A DNA stretch of 64,000 bases from Candidatus Bathyarchaeia archaeon (GCA_049515895.1 JBEKTQ010000021.1:1-64000); one strand, 5' to 3'. Counted from the first letter of the stretch, positions 38,240 to 49,356 are shown. The notes: generated by a model not told the origin, from the letters alone. Numbers and translations are program-made.

Positions 38240-38527
38240 TTATCTGGTTTTGACGTTGTAGTCTACTTCAAAGATTCTTGGGGTTATTTGCCTGGTTTTG
38301 CCAACCTTCAACTCCGCTTTGCCGCTTAGAGCTTTGATTTGTTGTGCGAAGCCTTCGACGTAATCGAGTACGCCACAGCTGTAGCAGAAGCCCCCGGAAA
38401 ACGAAACCGTGACGCTTACAGGAGTTACTGAAATCTGTTTAACCGTTATTTCCGGGCTTCTGAGCCTGTTGTAGAGAGAAATGGCTTTACTTACGAGTTG
38501 TTCAAGCTCCTGCTGACTAAGAGACAT
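38240..38527 (-). CDS. Conserved hypothetical protein with CxxC motif
   Basis: YNRLRSPE...FSGGFCYSCGVLDYVE; last gene of the pyrD-pyrK operon. Confidence 0.75.
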   Translation of the reverse strand: MSLSQQELEQLVSKAISLYNRLRSPEITVKQISVTPVSVTVSFSGGFCYSCGVLDYVEGFAQQIKALSGKAELKVGKTRQITPRIFEVDYNVKTR

Positions 38528-38536
38528 AGTGTCGCC

Positions 38537-39355
38537 TTAGAAGGGTATTCTTGCGCCGTCGAATCCTAACTTTGAAATCCCCAGTTCCTCTTTGACTTCC
38601 CGCAGCTGCGCAGCTGTGAATACGGGTCCGTCTCTGCAGACTCGGTACTTGCCGATTACGCAGCTTCCGCATAAGCCTATGCCGCAGCGCATCAGCCGCT
38701 CCAAGCTTGCTTCCAATGGCAGTTTGCGTTGTTCTGTCAAGTCGAAGATCTTCTTCACCATAACCTCGGGTCCGCAGGTGTAGATCATGTCGAATTTTTC
38801 CCTATCCAGCAACTTGGCTAAGGGTTCAGTCACCATGCATTGCAAGCCATATGTACCGTCTTCAGTTGTTGTTATCAGGCTTTTCTCGTTGCAGACGCCA
38901 TTGAGCTCCCGTATGAAAAGAAGTTCGTCTTTGGTTTTTGCACCCTCCACAAAGGACAACCGTTCAGTCTTAGCCGCAAGCTGCTTTGCCAAAAACAGAA
39001 GAGGAGCTGTTCCAGTTCCACCGCCTACCAGCAAGACTCTACCTCGGCTTTCAGTGAAGCTATTCCCAAAAGGTCCCCGAACGCCAACGGTTGCGCCTGC
39101 TTCCAAACCGTGGAGATGCCGGGTTGCGTCGCCAACCTGCTTCACAGAGACGGAAACCAAGTCTTTTCCAACTTCCATTATGCTCAGCGGAATTTCGTCT
39201 ATTCCCGGGAGCCAAAGCATCAAAAATTGCCCTGGCTTAGCCTTTGAGCATAGTTTGTCGTAGATTGTGTAGGTTCTTACGGTTGGACTTTCCGTCCGGA
39301 CCCGCACGATTTCTGACGTTCTAATCGTATTAGCTGCGATGAGCGAGGCTGACAA
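38537..39355 (-). CDS. pyrK: Dihydroorotate dehydrogenase electron transfer subunit
   Basis: PGQF, RGPFG, GGGTG, CGP and MRCGIGLCGSC...VCRDGPVF motifs. Confidence 0.95.
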   Translation of the reverse strand: MSASLIAANTIRTSEIVRVRTESPTVRTYTIYDKLCSKAKPGQFLMLWLPGIDEIPLSIMEVGKDLVSVSVKQVGDATRHLHGLEAGATVGVRGPFGNSFTESRGRVLLVGGGTGTAPLLFLAKQLAAKTERLSFVEGAKTKDELLFIRELNGVCNEKSLITTTEDGTYGLQCMVTEPLAKLLDREKFDMIYTCGPEVMVKKIFDLTEQRKLPLEASLERLMRCGIGLCGSCVIGKYRVCRDGPVFTAAQLREVKEELGISKLGFDGARIPF

Positions 39356-40253
39356 TTTCCTTCACACTCCCAACATGTTTCTTTCTCAAGTAAACTTCTA
39401 AGCCTTTAGTTATCTTCTGGAAAACATCCGTGTCCTCCCAAGCCACCGCGGTGCCGACCTGCACGGCTGAAGCGCCTGCAAGCAGAAACTCAACAGCGTC
39501 GCGCCAGTCACTTACGCCTCCGCAGCCTATTATGGGTACATCGGGCAACTCTTCGCGAATGTCAAAGACACACCTTAGCGCCACGGGTTTGATGGCTGCG
39601 CCTGACAGTCCACCTTTGATGTTGCTTAGGATTGGCCGCGTCGTCTCCGTGTCAATCGCCATTGCCTTAAGTGTATTTATCGCCGTTAATGCGTCCGCGC
39701 CAGCTTCAACCGCCGCCTTAGCTGTGACTGCGATGTCTGCGACGTTTGGCGTAAGCTTTACGATGACGGGTTTACTAATTGCCGCCTTAACTTTTTCAAC
39801 GACTTGCGAGAGAAGCTTGGGGTTTTGACCGATTTCCGAGCCTGTAAACTGGACATGCGGGCATGAAACGTTGAGTTCCACGGCATCTGCGCCTGCTTTG
39901 ACGGCTTTCTCAGCGACTGCCTCGTATTCGTCAGCTGTGTATCCAAAGACGCTGACGATTAGCGGAATGCGAAGTATGGTTTTTGCATATTCTATTTCTC
40001 CAGCGTACTCATCGATGCCTGGGTTCGGCAAGCCCATTGCGTTTATCAACCCAGATTCAGCTTGAACCACCGTTGGATTCGGGTACCCACCTCGGGCTTT
40101 TACACCGATGGATTTTGAAACCACGGCGCCTGCCCCGCCTTTAGCAACGCGGCTTAAGGATTCTGCTGAGAAACCCAACACGCCAGAGGCAAGAATCGTG
40201 GGGTTCGGCAGCTCCAAGCCCGCGATGCTCACGCGTAACGGATTGCTTTCCAA
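39330..40253 (-). CDS. pyrD: Dihydroorotate dehydrogenase catalytic subunit (family 1B)
   Basis: INAMGLPNPG, ELNVSCPH, VKLTPN, INT and GGLSG motifs. Confidence 0.96.
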   Translation of the reverse strand: MESNPLRVSIAGLELPNPTILASGVLGFSAESLSRVAKGGAGAVVSKSIGVKARGGYPNPTVVQAESGLINAMGLPNPGIDEYAGEIEYAKTILRIPLIVSVFGYTADEYEAVAEKAVKAGADAVELNVSCPHVQFTGSEIGQNPKLLSQVVEKVKAAISKPVIVKLTPNVADIAVTAKAAVEAGADALTAINTLKAMAIDTETTRPILSNIKGGLSGAAIKPVALRCVFDIREELPDVPIIGCGGVSDWRDAVEFLLAGASAVQVGTAVAWEDTDVFQKITKGLEVYLRKKHVGSVKEIVSLAHRS

Positions 40254-40368
40254 ATTCTAAGTCACCTTTCTTAAAACTAGTTTGCGCAACTAAAAAGATA
40301 AAGCTTCTTTTTCAGCAAAAACTGAACCGAAAGCGCACGCAAATTTTCGGGCAAAGTTTTTTCGAGGA

Positions 40369-41940
40369 CTACTTTGTAAACATAGCCGCGTCCTGAATGT
40401 ACTCCTTCCCAGTTCTCAGCGCGATTTCAGCCTTCGCCAACTCGCTTCCCAAATAAGCCAAATGGAGGGGCTGCACCGCTAAACCTAAATCGACGATTTC
40501 CGTGTAGATAGCCTCTGCCGTTTTGCCCTTGATGATTTTGTCGGGTTTATCCTTCTTTTGGTCTGAGTAATGCGTAGCCACAATGTATCCGCCGACGCGG
40601 TCAAGGATAACTTTGAAAGCTCCCGACGGGTCCAGTTTCGCCGCACCACTTTTTTCAGCATCGATTACAAGCGCTTTCCGCTCCAGCTTTTTGTCGTACT
40701 GTTCTTCCCTGTTTCTTTTGTCCTTAAACAGAAGCAGATCCATGCCGAGGTCTTTAGGAACCGAGCCACGCTTTTTCGCGAGAAACATCATTTTAGCCGC
40801 CGTGGCTTCCTCACCTACGCTGCCTTTCGCCTTGTCGCTTTTCTCAGTTGCCAAAAGGATGCTTGCGCCAACCTCTGAAGAGAGCCGCGCCAACAGAGCG
40901 TTGACCCCGACGGAATCGGCATCTATTAGCTCGGTAACGTTTGAAACACCTACAAACAAAGGGACATCGGGGTTTCTTTGGGCGAACAGATGAAAAGCCA
41001 TAAGCGATTCCAAAATGTCTGTCGGGTCAAGAATTAGGTCAGCAATGCATTTCGATATTCCAAGCCGTTTTGCCTTCGCAATTGTTAGTTCAAGAATAGC
41101 TGCGCGTTCCTCTGCTTTTTTATAGAATACCCCTTGCTGTTGATTAGTGGGAATCACGACGACTGCGACGTTGGAGACATATGTCGCGATTGTTTCAATG
41201 TTTCCTGCGTCCCCGCTTAAAACCAAGTCTGCCCCTGCACGGACGGCCTCGCGGATTTCTGCGGCGTCAAGCGAATCAATGCTGACCGGCACTTTCACCG
41301 CCCGTTTAACAAGCGCCAGAATTCGCTTTGCTTCTGAAGGCTGGGATTCGCCTGCAATCATGCCCACGTCGATGATGTCTGCTCCTGACTTTACGTGCCG
41401 TTTTGCCAATCTCTCAATGGCTACTTCATCCATTAGTGGGGCATCGACGATCTCGGCGAGGACGCGCATTGGAAAAGCTTTGCCGACAGCCAAGTCACCA
41501 ATCAGCATGCTACCAGGCATCTTGAGCAGTTCCACGCGGTTCTGTTCTGCCGTCCTTATCTCCCTCAGCGCTTTTTCATGAAGCTTCTCGCGAAGAAGGT
41601 CGTCAGCAGGCACCACTGTTGAAAGCTTAACTTGCCCAAGCGAATCCAGAACAATCGGCAGGTCGGCGTCGTACCGTGGACCCTTAAAAGCTGGGACGCT
41701 GAGGGCTTTTGAAATGGTTGATGTGTCGCAGCAGATTAAACCTGGGGTTAGGATTAAATCGTAACCTTTTAAGTTGGTTTTTTTTAGCGCTTCACTTATG
41801 GTCTTAGGCGTTAAGAAGGCGGCGATGGCGACGTTCAACGCGAGCACATGGGTTTCGACGTGGCTTTCTTTAGCGTAGCGTTCAACTGCGTCTTTTTCGT
41901 GCACGCTGGTTACTAGGAGTACTTTCATTTTTGACTCCAC
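40369..41940 (-). CDS. Dihydropteroate synthase-like protein with DUF4346-like C-terminus
   Basis: MRVLAEIVDA, GADIIDVG, SIDS, NVTELIDADSVGVNA, DLLLFKDK and HLAYLGSEL.KAE motifs. Confidence 0.88.
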   Translation of the reverse strand: MESKMKVLLVTSVHEKDAVERYAKESHVETHVLALNVAIAAFLTPKTISEALKKTNLKGYDLILTPGLICCDTSTISKALSVPAFKGPRYDADLPIVLDSLGQVKLSTVVPADDLLREKLHEKALREIRTAEQNRVELLKMPGSMLIGDLAVGKAFPMRVLAEIVDAPLMDEVAIERLAKRHVKSGADIIDVGMIAGESQPSEAKRILALVKRAVKVPVSIDSLDAAEIREAVRAGADLVLSGDAGNIETIATYVSNVAVVVIPTNQQQGVFYKKAEERAAILELTIAKAKRLGISKCIADLILDPTDILESLMAFHLFAQRNPDVPLFVGVSNVTELIDADSVGVNALLARLSSEVGASILLATEKSDKAKGSVGEEATAAKMMFLAKKRGSVPKDLGMDLLLFKDKRNREEQYDKKLERKALVIDAEKSGAAKLDPSGAFKVILDRVGGYIVATHYSDQKKDKPDKIIKGKTAEAIYTEIVDLGLAVQPLHLAYLGSELAKAEIALRTGKEYIQDAAMFTK

Positions 41941-42572
41941 CCGTCAATTCTTTTCAACAAATCAGCCAGAACCGAGGAGTACGATGAGTTCGGTGCAACC
42001 CGATTCACCAATAAGTTGTAGTCTCGAATTTTTCTTAGCAATTCGCTCACATGCCCCTGTTCGTTTTGGTCGCGTGCCAGCGCTTTCACGCGGGTTGCGT
42101 GTACAATGGCTTCAAGCGTCAACCCAAACGCACGGCAGTAAACTTGCGGATACCCCTTTTCCGCCCACACCTGCTCAACAGTAAAAACCGCCCGCGTCTT
42201 TTCCTCGCCGTCTGCAGCCAAATCTGCGACGGAAACCTCAACTATTGCATCCGCCAGGCGTAGTTTGGGTGCGTTTACTGCTTGGGCTTTTGTGAACCAT
42301 TCCTTGGGGAGCGCACCGTTTAGGTTTGCCTCTTTAAATGCTGTTCTGTAGTAGGCTTCTACGTTGCCGGTCAAGTTGACAACGGCGCATCTTCCCGTTT
42401 TTACGTTGACAAGGGTTTTGGAGGAATTATAAATGTTAACGGTTAGATGCTGCTCGTCAATGAGGGTGGCGCCCATGGGTGCAGCGTTGGCCGATTCATC
42501 TTGGTTGTAGGTGGAAACTATGGTTTCTGCGATTGCACCTTTTAAGAAGCCTAGATCGGTGAGTTTGACCAT
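41925..42572 (-). CDS. DUF447 family protein
   Basis: ETIVST....NAAPMG and EAIVHATR; overlaps the DHPS-like gene. Confidence 0.85.
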   Translation of the reverse strand: MVKLTDLGFLKGAIAETIVSTYNQDESANAAPMGATLIDEQHLTVNIYNSSKTLVNVKTGRCAVVNLTGNVEAYYRTAFKEANLNGALPKEWFTKAQAVNAPKLRLADAIVEVSVADLAADGEEKTRAVFTVEQVWAEKGYPQVYCRAFGLTLEAIVHATRVKALARDQNEQGHVSELLRKIRDYNLLVNRVAPNSSYSSVLADLLKRIDGWSQK

Positions 42573-42699
42573 CGAACCAACCCAATTGACCTAGAAGGTT
42601 GTGATAATTAAGTATAATTGTTTCCTCCGAAACAACTATTGGAAAATCCCAGAAATCAAAGCCTTTTATACGGTTGCGAGGTGATAGTTCTTTAGTCGT

Positions 42700-43038
42700 A
42701 TGAGCGAGGAAATCACCCCGTGGCTACTACAGTTTGAAAGCGGCAGAAAATGGTTTAACACTTTCAAGTCAGAGCAGACCAAGAGACTTTACACGGAAAG
42801 GTTGGAACACTATTGCAAAACGGTAGGTAAAAATCCAGATGAATTGATTGAACTTAAAATTGAAGGGTTAAAAAACATAAATTCAGTAAAAGAGTGGCAA
42901 GCGGAAAACTTGTTAGATAGCTACCTTTACAGCCCATCGGAACAGTTTGCTAAAAACAAATGTGGAACTGGCAACGCCAAAAAAAGGAAAAAAGGTGAAA
43001 TACTTAATAGTCCAAGTACTTCATTTTCTCTGACCTAA
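42700..43038 (+). pseudogene. N-terminal fragment of a tyrosine recombinase/integrase
   Basis: WFNTFKSEQTKRLY...LEHYC....KNPDELI resembles integrase core-binding domains; no catalytic domain follows and the frame ends inside a repeat. Confidence 0.65.
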
Positions 43039-43147
43039 CTGTTGAACTTACAATAACTTTTTAACATCGGACAAGTTTTAGTAAATTAAGTGAAACGGCA
43101 TGGAAGAAAAACTTAATAACCATGTCGGAGGAAACCGTTATTTAAGT
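43008..43147. repeat. ~140-bp dispersed repeat, copy 1
   Basis: TAGTCCAAGTACTTCATT...AACTTTTTAACATCGGACAAG...CATGTCGGAGGAAACCGTTATTTAAGT. Confidence 0.9.
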
Positions 43148-43625
43148 TTATCAGAAAGATTAAGTTGCCAAAATATTCTAGGCAAGTTCGATTTTATGGC
43201 GCGCGCGCAGTTAGGCTTAACTTTAACGGAGACATGCATAAGAATCAACTTGGAGCCATTAATAGTTGAAGAAGAGAAATAGCATGGAAGTAAATGAAGC
43301 AGAAACTTTTAAGTCCTACAATCAAAAGCTGGAAGAGAAGTACGGTGACAATTGGCTTGGAAAAGGCAAATGTACGGGACTTGAGTTTAAGCGTTGGTTA
43401 GCCCTGCGTGATAATAAAACAGAAATTCCGTGACGCAGGCGCTAAGAGTTAGATTAAGCGCATGCATTAACCATAATTATCATTGCAATTCCTAACAATA
43501 TTCTTAATTATTTCTTATTTCGCTAGGGGTAACTTTTCTCATATTTTTAACCCCCAAAATCCTTATTTTAACGCGTACATTCAAGGGTCCATGTTCTCTT
43601 CTATCGTCTCTGAGAATGGCTCCAA

Positions 43626-43719
43626 AACTTTTTAACATCGGACAAGTTTTAGTAAATTAAGTGAAACGGCATGGAAGAAAAACTTAATAACCATGTCGGA
43701 GGAAACCGTTATTTAAGTT
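43626..43719. repeat. ~140-bp dispersed repeat, copy 2 (3' ~94 bp only)
   Basis: Matches 43055-43148 base for base by eye. Confidence 0.9.
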
Positions 43720-44197
43720 AATCCTTATTCCAGCTAGCTTTGAAATAAACAGCAGTTCCCAATAAAATAAAACATTCTTGCGTTTTTCTTACTTTTCCTT
43801 TTTTTCCACACGCAATAGTTGATTTCTACGTTCCAAGCGTCAAAGTAACTATTGAGTGTAAAGCTTGTGGACTTACGCCTGTCCCGAGAATACAACAAAA
43901 TCCTCAGTCCCATATTTACGAAAGACTTTGACTTTAACGCTTAATCAGAAAACGCGCGCTGGTCTGTCCCTAAAATATCAACATTTAGGTTTGGAATAAA
44001 ATCTTGATTTAACCAACAAACCAACAAACCAACAATACTGCAACCTCCTGTAAACCTGAGAAACCTGTGATCCTTATGGCATGCAATTCACATTTGGCAG
44101 CAACCTACAAAACTAACACAAATACGAAAGCATCAAGAATGTCAACGATTCACAAGCCTGAATTTCACAAAAGAAAAAAAGGGTATGTTTTAGTTTC

Positions 44198-44674
44198 TTA
44201 ATCAATCAAAGTATGTCCTTGGCCGATAAAGAGGGTACTGCAACCAAATGCTGTTACGCAATATGGCTTGCTAAGATCAATAACTACGGTAATGGGCGAT
44301 AAAGGCGTCGAAAACACTATGGGATTGCTTGCAACAGGATCATCGACAGCATAAGGGGAAGCGCATAGTGTTAGAACGTTGCATTTACTGATCTTAACAG
44401 AGGACAGATCAATTACCCATTCGAACCCATGACCATGCACCACAAGCAGGACAAAACCCCCACCGAGGGTGTCGGTTATGGCTGGCACCTCGCCGGGTGC
44501 AAGACCAAACACAACCTCCAAAGTCGCGCAACCACTAATGCAGCCCTCGCTAGTTTTCACATAAGCCCATCCAGATGCCTCTGTATTCGGATAAGTAGTC
44601 GCAAATGCTGGTGTCACAAGCAGACTTAGCATTGAGAGCAACGGAATCAAAACAAGCAAAGCTTTCCTATTCAT
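44198..44674 (-). CDS. Secreted hypothetical protein
   Basis: GGAG RBS and signal peptide MNRKALLVLIPLLSMLSLLVTPAFA. Confidence 0.75.
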   Translation of the reverse strand: MNRKALLVLIPLLSMLSLLVTPAFATTYPNTEASGWAYVKTSEGCISGCATLEVVFGLAPGEVPAITDTLGGGFVLLVVHGHGFEWVIDLSSVKISKCNVLTLCASPYAVDDPVASNPIVFSTPLSPITVVIDLSKPYCVTAFGCSTLFIGQGHTLID

Positions 44675-44910
44675 ACATTATACTCCTTACAATTTAAACG
44701 AAGAGAAAACTAACCCAAAAACTGGGCTCTTCGCCACAACCCCCCCTTCTCGCCCTCATATTTATTCATTTTCAAAAAAGTACTCTTACGATACCAAACA
44801 ATCTCCTCTCCCACAAATTAACATGACTTTTCCTAAATTGGGTAGACCTCAGCAATCATCAACCAAGCCGCGTGATTATTCCAAAAGACGTGTGTGGGGG
44901 TTTGGGTTTG

Positions 44911-44927
44911 GGATTAAAATTTAATCC
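44911..44927. repeat. 17-bp palindrome, copy 2
   Basis: GGATTAAAATTTAATCC, exact match. Confidence 0.8.
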
Positions 44928-44987
44928 AAACACACAAAAACATAAAATCGTCTATGTCTATAGAGTCTTAGGATTGGGTGAGAAAGC

Positions 44988-45215
44988 ATGAAACTCCATT
45001 GTGTGAAATGTGGTCACCTGCTACCAAAAGATGAGAGCGCAAAATCCTTGCTGCCATTTGACGTTTACCGATGTCGGAATTGCGGGGATGGTATGCTTTT
45101 TGATATGGCTACAAAAGAAGCTTATCTGATTCCTAAAAGCCTAGGACTGTTCAAGATGACACTTGAAAAAGTCAAAAAAGCAATCAACCAAATTCCGTAT
45201 GATGAAGATTACTAA
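44988..45215 (+). CDS. Small zinc-finger protein
   Basis: GGTGA RBS; CVKCG...CRNCG. Confidence 0.7.
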   Translation: MKLHCVKCGHLLPKDESAKSLLPFDVYRCRNCGDGMLFDMATKEAYLIPKSLGLFKMTLEKVKKAINQIPYDEDY

Positions 45216-45256
45216 ACTTCCTGCAAGCGTGAACACGCCTGTATGTGTATTAGCAA

Positions 45257-45303
45257 GTTTAAACTAAATTTGTAAACCAGTAATTTTTGTGGATAAACGT
45301 GAA
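45257..45303. repeat. ~47-bp direct repeat, left copy
   Basis: GTTTAAACTAAATTTGTAAACCAGTAATTTTTGTGGATAAACGTGAA. Confidence 0.85.
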
Positions 45304-45570
45304 TGTAGACCTAACACCCTGCACTTTTTGCTTGTTTCTTGCTATTTTCTTGCTTCTTCGCAAAGAAGGTAACGCATATTCACTTTGGTTGGGTTCAATC
45401 CTTCGCGTCCATAATGCGATTCGAACACGGCAAGCTTCAAATCCCAAAGATCCGCGTCACTTAAGCTTCAGAACCTGCTTGGATCATCTTAAGATTCACA
45501 ATCGAAAGAACGTGTCTTCTCAATAAGAGACGGCAAGATTCTGCCGTTTTCTTCTTTGACAAGTTCCCAT

Positions 45571-48500
45571 TCACTTTTTTATTTCTTGGGGAGGGAAACG
45601 AACTGTGAAAGTTGTTCCTTTGCCTTCTTGGCTCTCAAAAGTCACTGTGCCGCCTAAAGCTTCACTCATCCGCTTAACGACAGGTAAGCCAAAACCTTGA
45701 CCCTTAGCCTTTGTCGTGAACATTGGCGTAAACAATTTACTTTTTACACCTTCAGGAATACCAACTCCAGTGTCCTTAACGGTTATGACGACGTCGTTTG
45801 CTTCCTTGTAGGCGTGTATGGAAAGCTTTCCGCCTTTAGGCATGGCTTGAACAGCATTATTCACTAAATTATGCATAATACGGTTAATGTAAGAGGAATC
45901 AACAATAACTTTACAAGCCTCAGTTTCCACTTTAACGCTTGCCTTAACGTTCTCTGGCAACCCGTTCTTTGCTAGCAACTCTTCAATTATCAGTTTTAGG
46001 TCGGCTTCCTCAACACGAGGGTTCAGAGGCCTAGCAAAATCTTGAAGATCAGCCACAATCTTGTTAATATAATCAATGTTCTTTTCAATCTCTTTCAGAC
46101 TCTCTACTGCACTCTTTTTCTCATCGCTTTCCGGAATCAAGGCCAACTCTGTTTTAGCCAAGTAAACATCGCCAGTTATAGCCTGCAACGGATTACGAAT
46201 GTCATGACCAACCATACCAGCAGTCGTACCTATTGCTGCAAGCCTCTCCGAATCTTTTAGCTGCTTAGAACGCTCATCAACAAGATTCTCCAAATTTTCA
46301 GTGTACTGTTTAATCTTCTGCCGCAATTCTTTGTGTTTACTTATGTCGCCACCGTAAATGTTAACGTAACCTTCAGCTGCTATTGGCATAAACAGCAACA
46401 GAAGAGTCATATCGCCAAAGGTTTCCTCAAGCTCAACCTGTTTGTTAGAGTCTAATGCGTCGACAACAAGTTTGTTTATGTGGTCAGGTGCGCGTTCGCC
46501 GACTTTGCTTCTCCATTTAGTTAACAAAGACGCGGCGGCGGGATTACGGTATAAAATGGTGCCAGTCCGGTCGATGCGTAATACAGTGGATGGGTTTTCG
46601 GAAGGAAATTTTGCAAGACTTTCAACTTCGCGCTGGTGCTTCTTGCGTTCAGTTATGTCTGTGAAGGATAAGACTGCGCCGTCAATCTTTTTCTCCTCAG
46701 TTAAATAGGGTCGAACTCGCATTTCATAGCAACGACCTTCGGTGCTTGTGACTTCTCGGTTGACAGGCGTTAGTTTGGTGATCACATCCGAGATTGTCTT
46801 TCTTAAATTTACAATAAGAATCCCTGAATTGATGCTAATGATTGAGTGCCCAACATCGGACGGCGAAATTTTCAAAAGTACTTGAGCTGAAACCGTAAAA
46901 CGTCTTATCTTCAGGTCGTTATCAACAATAATTACTGGTAGGTCAATGTTTGTTTGCAGATTGGCTAAGTCATCATTCAGGCGACCAAGAGCCTGATTGC
47001 GGTTCTTAAGCTCCTCGTTTAGAGTATGCAGTTCCTCGTTTCCCGACTGCAGCTCCTCTTTTGCTGTTTCCAGCTCTTCATTTGTGCTCTGCAATTCTTC
47101 ATTGCTAGATTGAACCTCTTCCATAGACGATCGCAGCTCCTCATTGGTTGCCTCCTGCCCCTCGACAAGAGTTTGCAAAGACTCCTTGGTTGCCTCCAAA
47201 TCCTCCCTAAGTTCGCGAATTTGTCGATCCTTAAGATTTTCCATCTCGACAGGCGAAACTACAGATTCAATTTCTTTAGTTGAATTTATATTCTGTGAAG
47301 TTGCTTCAGTAAATAACACAAGATAAAAAGGTTCGTCGCATTCTGGTATTTTTAGTGGTCTTATCTCGATGTTAATTGTTTTTGCGGCCTCTTTTTGCTT
47401 GAAGCGCACCGTTTCTTTGAAGATTTTATTTTCTTTTCTTGCTCTATAAACAGCAGTCTGAACTTGCGACCTCAACTCTTTCCGAATAATCTTAGTAACG
47501 TTCAGGCTCGCCGCTCCCGATTCAGGCGAAAGATAAGGTGCAACGTCTCCGCGAAAAACAAGTATGTCTAAGCTACTATTAGCCAACAAAGTCGCTGGAC
47601 CATACTCTGTCATTATCAGACGGTCGACTTTCTCTCCTAAAACAGTTAGCAGATCCACTTTTCCAATCGGTTTAGCAGTTTTATTGGCTGCGTAAGGAGT
47701 AAAGGTGCCTTCGCCTAAAATCGCTTGCGGCTGGGTTTGCTTCTTTCTGTAAATCTGGCCTTTCGGGATAATTGGTTCAAACATGTATTGGAATTTGCCG
47801 ACGCTTTCGGATTCGCCTAAAACTAAAAAACCATTCGGCTTTAATCCGTAATGGAAAATCGGCAATACACGCTCGTGAAGATGAGAATCAAAATAAATGA
47901 GTACATTTCTGCACATAATGAGGTCTATGTTGGAGAAAGGCGGATCTGTTGTTATGTCCTGTTTTGCAAATATGCACATGTCACGTATGGATTTTATTAT
48001 TCGGCAATGTCCATTGTCAGAAGTGAAAAATCGTTTAAACCTGTTCTGGGAGATTTTGTCTTCTACACTTTTTGGATATGCTCCTTGGCGAGCTTTCTCA
48101 ATATTCTTTTCATTTGCATCGGTTCCAAAAATTTGAATTCGTATCTCTGTTATGGCTTTTTCTTCTAGGAATTCTCGAAGTGCTATGGCGAATGAATAAA
48201 CTTCTTCACCTGTTGAACAGCCAGGAACCCAAACCCGTATCGACTCGTCGGGAGACCTTTTCGCTACAAGTTCTGGAAAAACCTTTTCTTTCAAAGCCAC
48301 GAAAGTGTTCGGTTCTCTAAAGAAGCTTGTTACGCCGATTAGCATGTCATCAAACAATGCTTGTTGCTCACTTGGCTGTTTCCGCAAATACTCAAGGTAC
48401 GCCTTCATGTTTTCGGCCTTGTTGATGACCATACGGCGCGTGATGCGCCGATTTATGGTTGTTTCTCTGTAATGGGTAAAATCAACGCCGAAAGAAGCTT

Positions 48501-49191
48501 TGAGCAGCATAATGATTTTTTTAAAGTCAGTCTCGACTTTCTCTTGCTCCGACGCCTTTGTTTTGGAACGGACAAGTTGAGGATGATTGGCGATTCTTGC
48601 TAGCTCTCTTGCTATCAGCTCCGGGGATAGAACAAAATCAGGGGTTTCGTCGGCTATGGCGTTCTTGGGCATGTCAGGATATTGCGCTGTGTCTGGGTCT
48701 TGTACAAAGGTTATTCCGTCTTCAGCTTTGATTGCTTTTAATCCTTCGGTTCCGTCATTTCCCGTTCCAGAGAGCACTATTCCAATTGCCCGTGTTTTTT
48801 TCTCTGAAGCCAGGGAAATCAGAAAGTCATTAATAGGTTTGAAAAACTGTTTCTTAGGAAAAAGCTTGATGCATCCGTTCTTTAGAGTCATGGTTGCCCC
48901 TGGAGGAATAACGTAAACTTGATCTTGTTCTACCTTCATGTCGTCCTTGGCTTGTTGAACCTTCATTTTGGTGGATCTTGAAAGGATCTCGGGCAACATG
49001 CTTTCTTGACCAGCAGCCAAATGTTGGATAACCACGAAGGACAAACCCGTTCGGATGGGCAAATTTTCCAGTAATTTCGTAATGGGTTCTAATCCGCCTG
49101 CAGAAGCGCCAATCCCAACAATTGGAAACTCATTTGATGCCTTGGTTTCAGAAGAGCTTTGTGGGTTCAACCCCGCTTTTTTTGTCTTCAT
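45571..49191 (-). CDS. CheB methylesterase / CheR methyltransferase / PAS / histidine kinase fusion
   Basis: GASAGG, QH and GTGNDG (CheB); VTSFFR, GCSTGEE and CRNVLIYF (CheR); EELQSxNEEL coiled coil; HDIRNPL, N box, DTGVG and FTTK.KG.G.GL (kinase). Confidence 0.95.
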   Translation of the reverse strand: MKTKKAGLNPQSSSETKASNEFPIVGIGASAGGLEPITKLLENLPIRTGLSFVVIQHLAAGQESMLPEILSRSTKMKVQQAKDDMKVEQDQVYVIPPGATMTLKNGCIKLFPKKQFFKPINDFLISLASEKKTRAIGIVLSGTGNDGTEGLKAIKAEDGITFVQDPDTAQYPDMPKNAIADETPDFVLSPELIARELARIANHPQLVRSKTKASEQEKVETDFKKIIMLLKASFGVDFTHYRETTINRRITRRMVINKAENMKAYLEYLRKQPSEQQALFDDMLIGVTSFFREPNTFVALKEKVFPELVAKRSPDESIRVWVPGCSTGEEVYSFAIALREFLEEKAITEIRIQIFGTDANEKNIEKARQGAYPKSVEDKISQNRFKRFFTSDNGHCRIIKSIRDMCIFAKQDITTDPPFSNIDLIMCRNVLIYFDSHLHERVLPIFHYGLKPNGFLVLGESESVGKFQYMFEPIIPKGQIYRKKQTQPQAILGEGTFTPYAANKTAKPIGKVDLLTVLGEKVDRLIMTEYGPATLLANSSLDILVFRGDVAPYLSPESGAASLNVTKIIRKELRSQVQTAVYRARKENKIFKETVRFKQKEAAKTINIEIRPLKIPECDEPFYLVLFTEATSQNINSTKEIESVVSPVEMENLKDRQIRELREDLEATKESLQTLVEGQEATNEELRSSMEEVQSSNEELQSTNEELETAKEELQSGNEELHTLNEELKNRNQALGRLNDDLANLQTNIDLPVIIVDNDLKIRRFTVSAQVLLKISPSDVGHSIISINSGILIVNLRKTISDVITKLTPVNREVTSTEGRCYEMRVRPYLTEEKKIDGAVLSFTDITERKKHQREVESLAKFPSENPSTVLRIDRTGTILYRNPAAASLLTKWRSKVGERAPDHINKLVVDALDSNKQVELEETFGDMTLLLLFMPIAAEGYVNIYGGDISKHKELRQKIKQYTENLENLVDERSKQLKDSERLAAIGTTAGMVGHDIRNPLQAITGDVYLAKTELALIPESDEKKSAVESLKEIEKNIDYINKIVADLQDFARPLNPRVEEADLKLIIEELLAKNGLPENVKASVKVETEACKVIVDSSYINRIMHNLVNNAVQAMPKGGKLSIHAYKEANDVVITVKDTGVGIPEGVKSKLFTPMFTTKAKGQGFGLPVVKRMSEALGGTVTFESQEGKGTTFTVRFPPQEIKK

Positions 49192-49356
49192 TTACAAACC
49201 TCACAGCCAATAAAATCGATATAATTCTTGACCGAAATTTATGCTCAGGCTATAATTTAAAACTTGGTACTATCGAATTGAAAAACCGCGCACGAATCGT
49301 TTTTCTACCAACTTCTTAATCGCAGGTGAATCAAGTTCACCTTTTCTTTTACGAAG

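Noticed and set aside
44415-44440. GGTTCGAA T-loop-like motif on the minus strand
   Set aside because: It lies inside a credible CDS (HGHGFEW) and no cloverleaf can be formed; I found no tRNA in the window.
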